A stretch of DNA of 64,000 nt from Atopobium sp. (lineage in GTDB: Bacteria > Actinomycetota > Coriobacteriia > Coriobacteriales > Atopobiaceae): contig JAIJTS010000003.1 of NCBI GenBank assembly GCA_022732885.1, positions 44,205-108,204 on the forward strand. The letters run 5' to 3'. This document shows positions 52,763 through 62,781 of this stretch, in pieces. The stretch's first letter is position 1; each line of letters opens with the position of its first letter. The position numbers and the translations under genes were made by a program. The notes below the pieces were generated by a model. It made no database searches and had not been told where the DNA came from. It saw only the letters and a list, made by a program, of their open reading frames with translations.

Positions 52763-54079
52763 TTAGTATGACCAGTCTTCGTCTGAATCAGACTTAGTCT
52801 CTGTGGTCTCAGAATGAACAAGCTGCTTATCATACGTTTTAAAGAATGGCATCCAAATAAGACCAGATACCACAAAGATGATAAGCATCAAAACAATACT
52901 TCCTGCAGTTCCACCGGTAAGGAATGTGGCAATTGGGAATGGGCAATACCACATGTTAAAGAGCATTGAAGGGATAGCTCCTAATGGAATTACCTTGGTA
53001 AATACATACGCAATAAGTGGAAGAACAATACCTTGAAGCCACATTGGAATCATCATGATTGGGTTCCAAGCAACAACACCAAATACACAAGGCTCATTGA
53101 TGTTAAAAATTGCTGGAACGAGACAAGCTCGACCAAGTGCTTTTAGCTGGTTTGATTTAGCGGAGAATGCCATCAAGAGCACAAGGGATAATGTGCAGCC
53201 AATACCGCCAATCCAGAGATAACCAGAATAAACAAATGCATCGGTAAATACAGCCAGATTTGAAGCTGTTGCACTACCTGCAGCTGCAAGAGCACCGTTT
53301 GCCTCAGCATTTGCAAGAAGAATTGGAGTAAATACTGGAGTAAGCACCCAAGTAGAAATACCCATAGAATACAGGAAGCAGAAGAGGAACATTGCAATTA
53401 CGAGGCCAACTGGCGAATTAACAATACTCTGAAGAGGCATAAAGCAGTTAACAACAAGCTGATACAGATTGAGGTTTAGGAACTTTGGATCGGTAAGAAT
53501 CCAACCAAAAACTGTTACGATGCCAATTGGCAGCATAGAGTTAAACCAGTCTTTTACAAAATCAGGAATTACAGAGTCCTCTTTAAAGAATGAGAAGTCG
53601 GCAAATTTATTGAGAACTGCTGCAGATATAAGGCCGGCAACAATGGCCAAGAACATTCCGCCAGCACCGAAGCCACCAATATTAGAAATACGGAACCAGG
53701 TTGACTCACCTGCTGCAATCATTGCTGCTTGATCAGCCACAAACTGTGGATTTAAAGAAATCAAGAACAAAATAACACCAGCAATACCCGCATTAATCGC
53801 AGAGCGTTTGTGATTTTTAAGCGTTAACAGATTGTAAGGAATCAAAAATGCAACAATGAGGCCAACGATGCCAAAGGTCCAACCATAAGGTGTCCAGAAG
53901 TTTGGCCACCACTTAAAATAATTCTGAGGAATTGTAAGCAGACTAAAAATTGAACCCAAAAAAATAAGTGGCAGTGTCTGCAATACAGAATTCTTAATGG
54001 TAAGAATCCAAGGATTTTGAACAATTTTGTTGACTGTTGGTGAGAAGCTCGTTTGGAGCCAATCAATAAGCTTGTTCAT
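52763..54079 (-). CDS. PTS cellobiose-family EIIC permease
   Basis: 438 aa, about 10 TM helices, typical EIIC_cel length and N-terminus. Confidence 0.85.
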   Translation of the reverse strand: MNKLIDWLQTSFSPTVNKIVQNPWILTIKNSVLQTLPLIFLGSIFSLLTIPQNYFKWWPNFWTPYGWTFGIVGLIVAFLIPYNLLTLKNHKRSAINAGIAGVILFLISLNPQFVADQAAMIAAGESTWFRISNIGGFGAGGMFLAIVAGLISAAVLNKFADFSFFKEDSVIPDFVKDWFNSMLPIGIVTVFGWILTDPKFLNLNLYQLVVNCFMPLQSIVNSPVGLVIAMFLFCFLYSMGISTWVLTPVFTPILLANAEANGALAAAGSATASNLAVFTDAFVYSGYLWIGGIGCTLSLVLLMAFSAKSNQLKALGRACLVPAIFNINEPCVFGVVAWNPIMMIPMWLQGIVLPLIAYVFTKVIPLGAIPSMLFNMWYCPFPIATFLTGGTAGSIVLMLIIFVVSGLIWMPFFKTYDKQLVHSETTETKSDSDEDWSY

Positions 54080-54162
54080 ACTTTTAATCTCCTTATCAAC
54101 GTGTTACTAACAAAATCTTGCATAAATAATTTGATTAACAGATAGTTCAGTTCATCATCAGA

Positions 54163-54492
54163 TTACTGCGCATTTGCTTCTCGAATAGTTTTAATAAGAT
54201 GCTTGAGGGCTTTCTCGCCGTTGAGCGTTGAATAATATGCAGGATCCATAAGAATTATTTGAACGGATTTGTCGGCGTATTTCTCTTTGAGCTCATCAAC
54301 AAGATACTTTAGGTGAGGGCCAATCATCAAAGCATCAATTGAGTCAATATAGCTATCAATTTCAGCTTCACTTCTTGCGGTAATAGAAATATCAAGATTA
54401 TGTTCTGCAGCAGCTTTTTTCATATTTACTGCCATAAAACCACTACTTGCACCAGAACCGCAGACCAAAAGAACCTCAAGGTGTTTAGACAT
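54163..54492 (-). CDS. PTS cellobiose-family EIIB
   Basis: MSKHLEVLLVCGSGASSGFMA with phospho-Cys motif. ATG at 54492 with AAGAAGG RBS; the ORF track starts at 54525. Confidence 0.85.
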   Translation of the reverse strand: MSKHLEVLLVCGSGASSGFMAVNMKKAAAEHNLDISITARSEAEIDSYIDSIDALMIGPHLKYLVDELKEKYADKSVQIILMDPAYYSTLNGEKALKHLIKTIREANAQ

Positions 54493-54718
54493 GTATTGCC
54501 TTCTTTCTTGTCGAATGAACACCAAGTTGTTTCTTGTTGAATCATTATGTTCCTACTCTTAGAAAACTCCAATAAAAAAGTTTTTAAAAAGCGAGGAAAT
54601 AAACTATAAACTAATTTTGGTGGGTACTACATTGGACAGTAAAAATAAGACTACCTATTACACTCAACTTATCGCAAAGCATTTAACCACTCTGCTAAGA
54701 CTGATAAGAGGTGTCTAA

Positions 54719-56194
54719 ATGGACAAAAGATTATGGAACGAATCAGGGTTTTTCGATATCCCTAATTATGTACAGAACTTAACGGATTTAGCTGGCTGGT
54801 TCCTTACAACAACTAATTCCTGGTCTGGGCATTTTGTTGAACTACACGATTTTTGCGACTACATCGACGATAACGTAAGCTTATTCGACACGCCGTTTGA
54901 TATACCTCATTATCAAATTCCTGGAGTGCTTGAAAAATTTGCTTGTTTATTTAAGTCTGAAATATGCGAACAAGAAAATGCTTATAACTATCAAAAAATT
55001 CTTGATAAATACGGCGTAGACATTATAAATGACGCCGAGTCACTTTCTAATATTAACGAGCTCGTTTTAAACAAAGAGTGTATCTATGCAATCATTACAA
55101 AATGCGTTACCGAAGATCCTAAAGGAGTTGGACTTCTCTATACCGCAGCAGAAAGTTCACTTCTTGATAGATGCCTATTCAAATTGGATGATATCAGGAG
55201 GATGTTTAGACCAAACTATAACTTTGGACGTAGAGAAAAGAAAACTACTCCGAGCACAGAAGGAGATTACTGGGATTACATAGAAACAAATAAACTCCCA
55301 GAATGGGTTTGGTGCCTGGTTGGAAATGTAATTGACGAACATCTTTTTGGAGAAGACCATACGATTGTCCATGGGACGCGACATTTTTCTCCTGGAACAA
55401 AAGTTTATTGTCTTCCAAATCAATGGGGCGATGGATACGAGAAAATCGGTGTGATAGGAAAGCAAAGAGGTTCACGAGAGCTCATTAGAATTGTAATGAG
55501 TAGAGAGTTGATTCATAACTTTAAGTGTCAAAAAGTTTTTTCACCATATGTCATTAAGCGTATGTATAGACGCAGCAACCAGGGTATGAACTTTAAGGGT
55601 TGGGGGCAATCAGAAGCGGAGCATGAGACCATCTTGTCACTACTTTCATGGTTTAATACAACTCCTGAAGAAGAAAAACAAAGGGCACTGCTACTTAATA
55701 GTTCACAACTATCATTTTTGATACATGTTGGCGATACGCCAAACCAGAAAATTCATTTGAGAATTGAACGACACAGTCGCAGAGATGATTGTTGTGGTGC
55801 TGGGTGGTATGGATTCTATAGAATTGGTGAGAAACCAGAACAGTCTATTGGTCTCCTTGATTGGTATGGATACTGGCCAGATGATGTGTCCTACGAAGAA
55901 TGTAAGTCAAACTACAAACCATCGTGTGAATTATTAGGTGGATTTTTAGATGCCGGAATTCTTAACTGGAAGAATACCTATGAGTCTATTCCAACTAATG
56001 GTAGACCTCCATTTACGTGGGAATTTGAGGCGATCTCGGAGCATGGCAGTCTATCGAATGCTGGACATAATACATACCCAGAGAACTTTCCATCAGTTAT
56101 GAGACTTCTGACAACATGGGGCTTTCCAAAGATTTGGAATTCAACCAGTAATGTACCTGATGCATTTCTTGGTTTTATGCGAGAACAAAAATAA
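54719..56194 (+). CDS. Hypothetical protein (491 aa, Cys/Trp-rich, no recognisable domain)
   Basis: Long clean ORF, about 40% GC. No signal peptide or TM. No motifs I can assign. Confidence 0.6.
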   Translation: MDKRLWNESGFFDIPNYVQNLTDLAGWFLTTTNSWSGHFVELHDFCDYIDDNVSLFDTPFDIPHYQIPGVLEKFACLFKSEICEQENAYNYQKILDKYGVDIINDAESLSNINELVLNKECIYAIITKCVTEDPKGVGLLYTAAESSLLDRCLFKLDDIRRMFRPNYNFGRREKKTTPSTEGDYWDYIETNKLPEWVWCLVGNVIDEHLFGEDHTIVHGTRHFSPGTKVYCLPNQWGDGYEKIGVIGKQRGSRELIRIVMSRELIHNFKCQKVFSPYVIKRMYRRSNQGMNFKGWGQSEAEHETILSLLSWFNTTPEEEKQRALLLNSSQLSFLIHVGDTPNQKIHLRIERHSRRDDCCGAGWYGFYRIGEKPEQSIGLLDWYGYWPDDVSYEECKSNYKPSCELLGGFLDAGILNWKNTYESIPTNGRPPFTWEFEAISEHGSLSNAGHNTYPENFPSVMRLLTTWGFPKIWNSTSNVPDAFLGFMREQK

Positions 56195-56332
56195 ATCTCA
56201 GGCCCCGCTCTCGCCCACCTTCACAACTCCATCCCTACCGTTCGCGAAAAATGTCAGCTTTGGTGAACAAGTGGCAAATCCACGTATCTAGCAGAGATAT
56301 AATCGCAGGTAAACAACGGATGGAGGACTGTC

Positions 56333-57099
56333 ATGAAGATGCACCTCATTGAGCCCAACGCTTGCACCCAGACCACGCCTACCGTATTGCTGATTCATCC
56401 CATGCTTTCTTCGGCAGAGGGAATGAAGACAGTTCTTGTGAACAATATGGGCGACGACCTGCGCTATCTAGTCCCAGATCTTGCTGCCCACGGAGAAGAA
56501 GACGCAAAAGAATATGTTCGGCGTCCCAAGAAGCAGTGCAGATTCATGACTGGCTGCTGAAACACAACATAACCCATCTCTCCCTGGGTTTTGGCGCGTC
56601 CCTTGGCGGCGTAGTTCTATCCGAGCTCCTCAAGTTCCCCGATTTAGTCTTTGACCACCTCTTCTTTGAGGGAACAAGCTTCTGGACAGGAGGATTTCTT
56701 GCCTCCGCGCTTGAGTTTGTACTCAAGAAAGTATTTCTTGCCAAGCACCGCAAAGCTATTGCAGACCCCGAACTTTCCATACAAAAGATGGAACAACTTT
56801 ACGGAAAAGTTGCAGCTAAACCTATGTCAGAGCACTTTATTGCGATGAGTGACCAAAGCATCCAGAACATCATCCACGACTGCAGCAACGTTGACCTTCC
56901 CACCCTTAGCCCCGACGTACAACGCCGCTGCATCTTCACGTATGGCGAGAAGGACTTTGACTTGAAACGTGCAAGGCAGGTTCTGCCCAAAGTCTATCCC
57001 GAGGCCACGCTTACTATCTGGCAGGGCTATGACCACTGCGAACGCATGACCAGCGATTCAGCGGCGTATGGTCAAATGCTCAGAGAACTTGTGATTTAG
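56333..57099 (+). pseudogene. Alpha/beta hydrolase with an internal frameshift near 56516-56520 (two ORFs 56333-56560 and 56362-57099)
   Basis: N-terminal part (MKMHLIEP...VLLIHPMLSS...) is in frame 2. Lipase box GFGASLGG and the remainder are in frame 1. A one-base shift after ...EYV joins them. Core-like GC (~52%). Confidence 0.6.
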
Positions 57100-57158
57100 A
57101 GCACGAGACTAATCACTCCTTGAGAAGCGATACGAAAGAACATTTCAGTCTTTTTGAA

Positions 57159-57200
57159 CAACGCAAATGCAACGCAAATTTTTGCGTTGCATTTGCGTTG
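57159..57200. promoter_or_regulatory. Perfect 20-bp inverted repeat (caacgcaaatgcaacgcaaa-tt-tttgcgttgcatttgcgttg)
   Basis: Read directly. Lies between the hydrolase pseudogene and the AlbA_2-family gene. Could be a bidirectional terminator or operator. Confidence 0.5.
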
Positions 57201-57241
57201 CATAGTTCCTATACTATTAACTTACCGAGAAGGGAGCTCCT

Positions 57242-58495
57242 ATGCGAGAAACTACTGATGTCGAATTTAAATCTGATATAAATAGTTCATCATTTTTAAA
57301 AACTGTAAGCGCTTATGCTAACTTTTGTACTGGAGTCATCATATTCGGAATTGATGATAGCGGTACTGTTGTTGGTCTTAAAAATCCCACTCACGCCTGC
57401 TTAGATATTGAAAATAAAATCAATGACTGTATCTCTCCACGACCACAGTATTCACTTGAAATAAATGAAAGTCAAAAAACTATCGTACTTCATGTTAAAG
57501 AAAGTCCAAATAAACCATATTTCTATAAAGGTAAAGCTTACAGAAGAAGTGATAGTTCTACTGTTGAAGTTGACAGAATTGAGCTGGGAAGGCTAATACT
57601 AGCTGGTGAAAATCTTACATATGACCAATTGCCTTCTCGAAATCAAGAACTCACCTTTGAGACTCTATCTCAAAAACTTTATAACATTCTTGATATATCA
57701 ACTATTAATAATGATATTCTGAAAACCCTTGGTCTTATAAAAAATGAAACGTACAACCATGCTGCTGCTCTTCTTGCCGATTCTAATTCATACCCAGGAG
57801 TAGACATCGTACAGTTTGGATCGTCTATTAATAAAATGCTCGATCGATCAACAACAGAGAGAGTATCTATTTTAACTCAATTCGAAACAGCTATAGAGAA
57901 ATTTAAACTACATCTATGCTTTGAACAAATTGAAGGAACTGAAAGGAAAACTGTTGAGAAAATTCCTCAAGAAGCATTTCGTGAGGCCATTGCCAATGCA
58001 TTAATACATAGAACCTGGGATATAGAAGCACGCATACGAATAAGTATATTCTCCGACCGCGTAGAAATCATATCCCCAGGCGGTCTCCCCTCTGGTCTTT
58101 CGGAAGAAGAATACCTTAGTGGACGTGTCTCAGTTCTCAGAAATCCTATCTTGGCAGAAGTATTTTATCGTCTTGGATATATCGAAAAGTTTGGTACTGG
58201 TGTTTTTCGTATAAAGGAAGCGTATTTTACTAAATTAGAAAAGCCTCGATTCGAAATTAACAAAAACTCTGTCACAGTGATATTACCAATTCTTGGATCA
58301 CAGTCAGGGATTTCCAACGATGAAACATTTCTTTTGGAAAAGATGTCCTCAGGACGTCGTTATTCACGCAAAGAACTCGATAATTTAATGGGATTCGAGA
58401 AGACCAAAACAATTCGTCTTCTTGGTTCTCTTATCAACAAGGGTCTTGTTATTGCTGAAGGAGCAAATAGAGCAAGGCGTTACATTCGTGCGTGA
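57242..58495 (+). CDS. AlbA_2 (Schlafen-like) DNA-binding domain + HATPase_c_4 (RecG C-terminal-like) + wHTH protein; putative ATP-dependent DNA-binding regulator
   Basis: N-terminal TTDVEFKSDINSSSFLKTVSAYANFCTGVIIFGIDDSGTVVGL (AlbA_2). Central FREAIANALIHRTWD...RISIFSDRVEIISPGGLP (HATPase_c_4). ~36% GC. Confidence 0.7.
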   Translation: MRETTDVEFKSDINSSSFLKTVSAYANFCTGVIIFGIDDSGTVVGLKNPTHACLDIENKINDCISPRPQYSLEINESQKTIVLHVKESPNKPYFYKGKAYRRSDSSTVEVDRIELGRLILAGENLTYDQLPSRNQELTFETLSQKLYNILDISTINNDILKTLGLIKNETYNHAAALLADSNSYPGVDIVQFGSSINKMLDRSTTERVSILTQFETAIEKFKLHLCFEQIEGTERKTVEKIPQEAFREAIANALIHRTWDIEARIRISIFSDRVEIISPGGLPSGLSEEEYLSGRVSVLRNPILAEVFYRLGYIEKFGTGVFRIKEAYFTKLEKPRFEINKNSVTVILPILGSQSGISNDETFLLEKMSSGRRYSRKELDNLMGFEKTKTIRLLGSLINKGLVIAEGANRARRYIRA

Positions 58496-59011
58496 TACAA
58501 CACAATAAATATATTTAACATTGATTACAAAGCATAATCCTTAAGACAACTAATTGTGTTGAAAGAATGAACTTAACTAAATAATAACTACGTACAATGT
58601 ATCAATTTATTTTAAGATTTGAAAAAATAATTACGTAAGTTGATAAAGTATAAATCACAACCGCCCGCATAGCGGGTGGTTTGTTCTTAGGGTATAACCC
58701 TAAGTATACTTGCCCAGGACTCAAGTCCTTTGACCTTCACTTCGTTCAGGTCACAATAGCAATGTTCCACCGGTAGCCAATTAAACTGGCTAGCTAGTGA
58801 AATTATTTACTGAAGGGATTTTCATATTCCTTCAAGTTCAACTTATCCTGAGCTATATCAACGTTTTCCTACTCTCGAATATATTTCTTATTTTACGATA
58901 TGATGGTCCGAGCTTATAAGTTTCAACTATGGTAGCAACATAGCTCTATCAATTTATAAATAAAGATTAAAGACCTCCTGGAAATAGGTTCGCTTACACA
59001 ACCTTGATGCG

Positions 59012-59044
59012 CGTAATATCGTTATTGATAATAACGATATTACG
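59012..59044. promoter_or_regulatory. Perfect 15-bp inverted repeat with 3-nt spacer (cgtaatatcgttatt-gat-aataacgatattacg)
   Basis: In the 650-bp AT-rich spacer between two convergent genes. Likely terminator or protein-binding site. Confidence 0.45.
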
Positions 59045-59154
59045 AAATAGTCACACTCTTTTTGCAAAAAATTTGACACCATTAATTGAACGTAATCTTT
59101 TCGTAGCCTAGTTCCTATACTTTAAAAATAAAACTAGCAGCCCTTTAGAAGACT

Positions 59155-59757
59155 TTAAGAAATCACAAGGTCTTCCTTTATATGCTTACCTTGACTTATA
59201 CAATCATCTTTTTTATTTTTTCGTATTGTCCCTACCAAATAAGTCAGATAATGATTCAATTCATTGTAGTAAATATGGCCTATCTTAGCTTTATATTTAA
59301 AGAGCCATTCAATATCAGCATCTAAAGGATTTCTTTTCTGATATTCAGAATAATCCCAACCATCTATATCATATTCAGAAAGATGAGATTCTGGTTCTGA
59401 ACCATAAGATTTTGGAAAACGTTTCTTATATTCCTTTGTTAACCAACTTGTATTTTTACCATCATGCTCAATGAAATTATTAAAATCATTTATCGTTTCT
59501 TTTATCGTTAAGGGCTGACTTTGTATATAGTTTCTTAATGGAACGGATGGGATTAAGTTTTCTTCTCTCATCTTTTTTCTTATATATAGCATAAGTTCAA
59601 TTGTTGTAGAATCGTCTCCATATTTTCCACAATCATCTTCGAATCCTTCTCTTTTTTCAATTACTTTTTTATATAAAGGTTCAATTTCTTTCCACCCATC
59701 TTTTTCAAAGACTTTTTCAATCGTTTCTTGAAATTTGATTTCAGCGCTACTCGACAT
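59155..59757 (-). CDS. Hypothetical protein (200 aa, Lys/Glu-rich, soluble)
   Basis: Clean ORF at ~30% GC. Tandem with the upstream 229-aa gene. No domain recognised. Confidence 0.55.
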   Translation of the reverse strand: MSSSAEIKFQETIEKVFEKDGWKEIEPLYKKVIEKREGFEDDCGKYGDDSTTIELMLYIRKKMREENLIPSVPLRNYIQSQPLTIKETINDFNNFIEHDGKNTSWLTKEYKKRFPKSYGSEPESHLSEYDIDGWDYSEYQKRNPLDADIEWLFKYKAKIGHIYYNELNHYLTYLVGTIRKNKKDDCISQGKHIKEDLVIS

Positions 59758-59853
59758 ATTAACCCTCTACTTTCTATTTATATTAATCACATTACAAAAA
59801 ATGGATACACTTTATTTCATATGGAAAATAATCAATACAAAATCAAAAATCAA

Positions 59854-60543
59854 CTATTCCATACTCGAAATAGTTTGCTTTTCTTGATGATAATCTAGAA
59901 CACAACATTCTTCATTATTAAATGGACATATAGTCCACTGAGGGAACTCCCTACTACCATTATTTTGAACCAAACATTCAAATTTCACATGACAGGAATA
60001 TGTATATCCCCCATTTTTCCAATAAAGTTTGGTCATAAATATATATCCGTCTTTTTGGACATTTCCACTTTTGGGATTTATTGAATCATTATTGTAATCT
60101 TGATGATATGTTGGTCCTCCTAAGACAGAACGCCACCCTATAATATTACACGGTAACTTAGCTTTCTCCTTAGACAAAATATCTTTAGATTTCTCGTCTA
60201 TTGCTCCCATTCTTACTGAATAAGCATCATTATGACTAATATTCTCGACACTAAACTCGCACGCTAGTACACCATTCTGTACAGCATCTTTAGCGCACAT
60301 ATATGAATACGCATCATTAGAAAATTGAACTGTTTCAAGTTTTACTCGAAAGTTTGAGACATTTAAAAAAACTTCAATATTTTGAGATTCTTTAGCAATA
60401 TCATTTGCCTCTATGGCATGTTTATTTGCTTCTTCTGCAATTTTATTAGCAGTTTTGGAATTTTTATTAGCTTTAAAAGCCATTACAGCAGAAATAAGAC
60501 TAAACAATGAACTCAATGCTGCAATAATCGTATCAATCGACAT
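59854..60543 (-). CDS. Hypothetical membrane-anchored protein (229 aa, one N-terminal TM, 8 Cys)
   Basis: N-terminal helix IIAALSSLFSLISAVMAF, then a coiled-coil-like segment and a Cys-rich C-terminal domain. ~30% GC. Confidence 0.55.
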   Translation of the reverse strand: MSIDTIIAALSSLFSLISAVMAFKANKNSKTANKIAEEANKHAIEANDIAKESQNIEVFLNVSNFRVKLETVQFSNDAYSYMCAKDAVQNGVLACEFSVENISHNDAYSVRMGAIDEKSKDILSKEKAKLPCNIIGWRSVLGGPTYHQDYNNDSINPKSGNVQKDGYIFMTKLYWKNGGYTYSCHVKFECLVQNNGSREFPQWTICPFNNEECCVLDYHQEKQTISSME

Positions 60544-60672
60544 TCTTAGATTTCCCTTTTCATATCAATGTTCCTCAATTAGTTAAAACTATAAGCACAT
60601 TAAATATATACATCAGTTTACAAAAAAGAATTCTATATAATTCAACTAACTAGTAGTTCACATTGAATCGAA

Positions 60673-60993
60673 GTGATTACTATGGGGTATTCAATCGTAT
60701 TTTGGTCCTTAACCGCAATTCTTGGCATTTGGTCTCTTGTACTTCTATCTGGTCATGGTGCTATTTCAATTGCTGGATTTAACACAATGACTGAAGATGA
60801 AAAGAAAACAATTGACGAGAAAAAACTCTGTTTTGTAGCGGGTATTTGCACGCTTATAGCTGCGTTAGTACTCTTTTTCATGGCACTACTTGGTCCAAAT
60901 ATACCAAACACAACAGCAGTCATTGCGGGCAGTATTATTGCGATTGATGCGGTAGTAACGGTTTATATTGCAAACACAAAATGCAAAAAATAA
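60673..60993 (+). CDS. Small membrane protein, DUF3784-like (3 TM)
   Basis: 106 aa. Pattern TM-TM-NTMTEDEKKTIDEKKL-TM resembles DUF3784/SdpI-like small membrane proteins. Confidence 0.5.
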   Translation: MITMGYSIVFWSLTAILGIWSLVLLSGHGAISIAGFNTMTEDEKKTIDEKKLCFVAGICTLIAALVLFFMALLGPNIPNTTAVIAGSIIAIDAVVTVYIANTKCKK

Positions 60994-61101
60994 TAAAAGC
61001 CTGACGACAAAATACTTGAAGTTCTCATTACCTTTAGACAATAGCTCTTGTCAAAACAAATACAAAGCATCACCTCAAACTACTCGTCTCTTTCATCTCT
61101 C

Positions 61102-62025
61102 TTAAGACAAAGTCTGATCGCGCACATATACAAGTAACCGTACAAGCACAACAACACAAAGCCCTGCTGCAAGTACCGTTTCAACAGTAGCTATTCCGTC
61201 GAGCCATTGGAGAGGCTGGCCAAGTTTAACTAGATATGCAGCTGTTTGCTTGCACGCAATAGCGCTGATTACAAAGGGAAAAGTAAACGCGGCGTGACTG
61301 GGAAAGAATGGTTTAGTAAGACACCTGATGCACCATACAAGCGAAGCTACATAAATAATTGAAGCGATTGCCAGCATAACCAAAAGAAACGGCACGAACT
61401 TTGGCGTAATAGATTGAATATATCCTGCAATACAAAGACTTGTTGGAGCTGCATAAATACAAGCGAGCGACTCAGCAGAATCAGGCACCGGCCCATATTT
61501 AACATACCGTACGCTCACTACTATAAAAAGCACCACAAGGCAGATAAATCCAAACCAAAATGCAAGCGTACCAACACTGGTTTCAAAATTGACCGCCGGC
61601 GCTGTAACACTGGCAACAACAATACCTACATACACAATGAACCAGCTGGCGTGCACATTCTCCCAATTAAATTTTGCAATATATCGAGAAGTAAAGATAG
61701 CTATGCACAATATGTGTAACGCAATTCCTGCAAACCAAAATAATTGTGCTGCATCACCAATATCAGCCTTCATATACACCGAAATCAGCATAACTGCCAT
61801 CGGATATGTTGCAGCAACTGAAAGACCAATCGGATCAGAGAGCTCTCGCAATACAACTTTAGTCGACACAATAAATTTGAGGGTATAGAGAGCTAAAAGA
61901 GCAATAGAGATAATGCCACAGGCAAAATAAAAGGTCTCGAAAGAAGTCTTAAAAAGATTTCCAAGTGCTGCAAAACCTAATGCAACGCCACAAATAGCAA
62001 TGGGAACTTTTTGGACGTAGTTCAT
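61102..62025 (-). CDS. TDT-family (TehA/Mae1-like) anion transporter
   Basis: 307 aa, about 10 TM helices. Overall resemblance to tellurite-resistance/C4-dicarboxylate transporter family. Confidence 0.65.
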   Translation of the reverse strand: MNYVQKVPIAICGVALGFAALGNLFKTSFETFYFACGIISIALLALYTLKFIVSTKVVLRELSDPIGLSVAATYPMAVMLISVYMKADIGDAAQLFWFAGIALHILCIAIFTSRYIAKFNWENVHASWFIVYVGIVVASVTAPAVNFETSVGTLAFWFGFICLVVLFIVVSVRYVKYGPVPDSAESLACIYAAPTSLCIAGYIQSITPKFVPFLLVMLAIASIIYVASLVWCIRCLTKPFFPSHAAFTFPFVISAIACKQTAAYLVKLGQPLQWLDGIATVETVLAAGLCVVVLVRLLVYVRDQTLS

Positions 62026-62179
62026 AAGGATTCTTCTATCTGTTTAGGAAACTCTTTTTATTTCTTTCAATAATAGATATTTATTTTCATGAAAGCGAAC
62101 TCAGTAGCGGATATATTTCTATGCGTTGCGACAACAGCTAACAAAAAATCCGCTGATAGCGAGTTTGAAATTCTTATGG

Positions 62180-62226
62180 TCGCGGGGACAGGGATTTGAA
62201 CCTACGACCTTTGGGTTATGAGCAAA
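62180..62226 (-). other. tRNA 3'-half-like fragment (T-arm GGTTCAAATCC + acceptor + CCA), no complete cloverleaf
   Basis: Minus strand reads ...ggtcgtaggttcaaatccctgtccccgcgacca. No matching 5' acceptor strand, D-arm or anticodon arm upstream. Sits at the low-GC/high-GC junction. Confidence 0.4.
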
Positions 62227-62427
62227 TTAGGATAGAAGTTCCGTAAATTTTTTCACCTATCTCACCTGAGCATACTGTACTGATTAGGCGCTTTGTGCTT
62301 TTGCGTCTCCAACGTTTTGTAGAAATCTACTTCTTCTACATCTCCAGCTTCATTTTGGCAGTCCTTTCGTACGCTGACTCCGTCTCGCCTTGAGATCGGA
62401 TCCCCCAACACGAGGAGACAGACGGCC

Positions 62428-62781
62428 ATGAGAAAGAGCATTGACGAGAGGTCGCATGAGGCAATCAGCGCGAACCTGAAGCACAGGGACATCGAGGTCC
62501 TGGAGGAGAACTGGGCGCACGGCTCGGACGGCATCGACTTCATCGTCATGGACGACGAGGAGCTCATCTTCGTGGACACCGCCACCAAGTGCGGGGGCTT
62601 CGACGTGCCCCGTGAGGAGCCCGACCAGGAACGCTTCGAGCGCATCGCGGCAGCCTACCTCGCCGAATCCGAGGTGGAGGGCCTCGCCAGCATCCGCTAC
62701 GACATCGTGAGCCTGCTGGTGACGGGCTCGGAGAAGGCGCTCCTGCGCCACCACAAGAACGTCCTAAACGACGGGAGATGA
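62428..62781 (+). CDS. YraN/UPF0102-family (PD-(D/E)xK-like) small endonuclease-like protein
   Basis: 117 aa. GSDGIDFIVMDDEELIFVDTATKCGG...AAYL matches the UPF0102 pattern (GE.D.I...LVFVEVK.R). ~65% GC with strong GC3 bias. Confidence 0.55.
   Translation: MRKSIDERSHEAISANLKHRDIEVLEENWAHGSDGIDFIVMDDEELIFVDTATKCGGFDVPREEPDQERFERIAAAYLAESEVEGLASIRYDIVSLLVTGSEKALLRHHKNVLNDGR

Noticed and set aside
62150-62260. Complete tRNA gene
   Set aside because: Only the T-arm/acceptor-3' strand is present. No 5' acceptor strand, D-arm or anticodon arm can be folded.
62262-62754. 127-aa and 134-aa minus-strand ORFs
   Set aside because: Antisense ORFs in 65% GC DNA opposite the YraN-like gene. Expected from GC3 bias.
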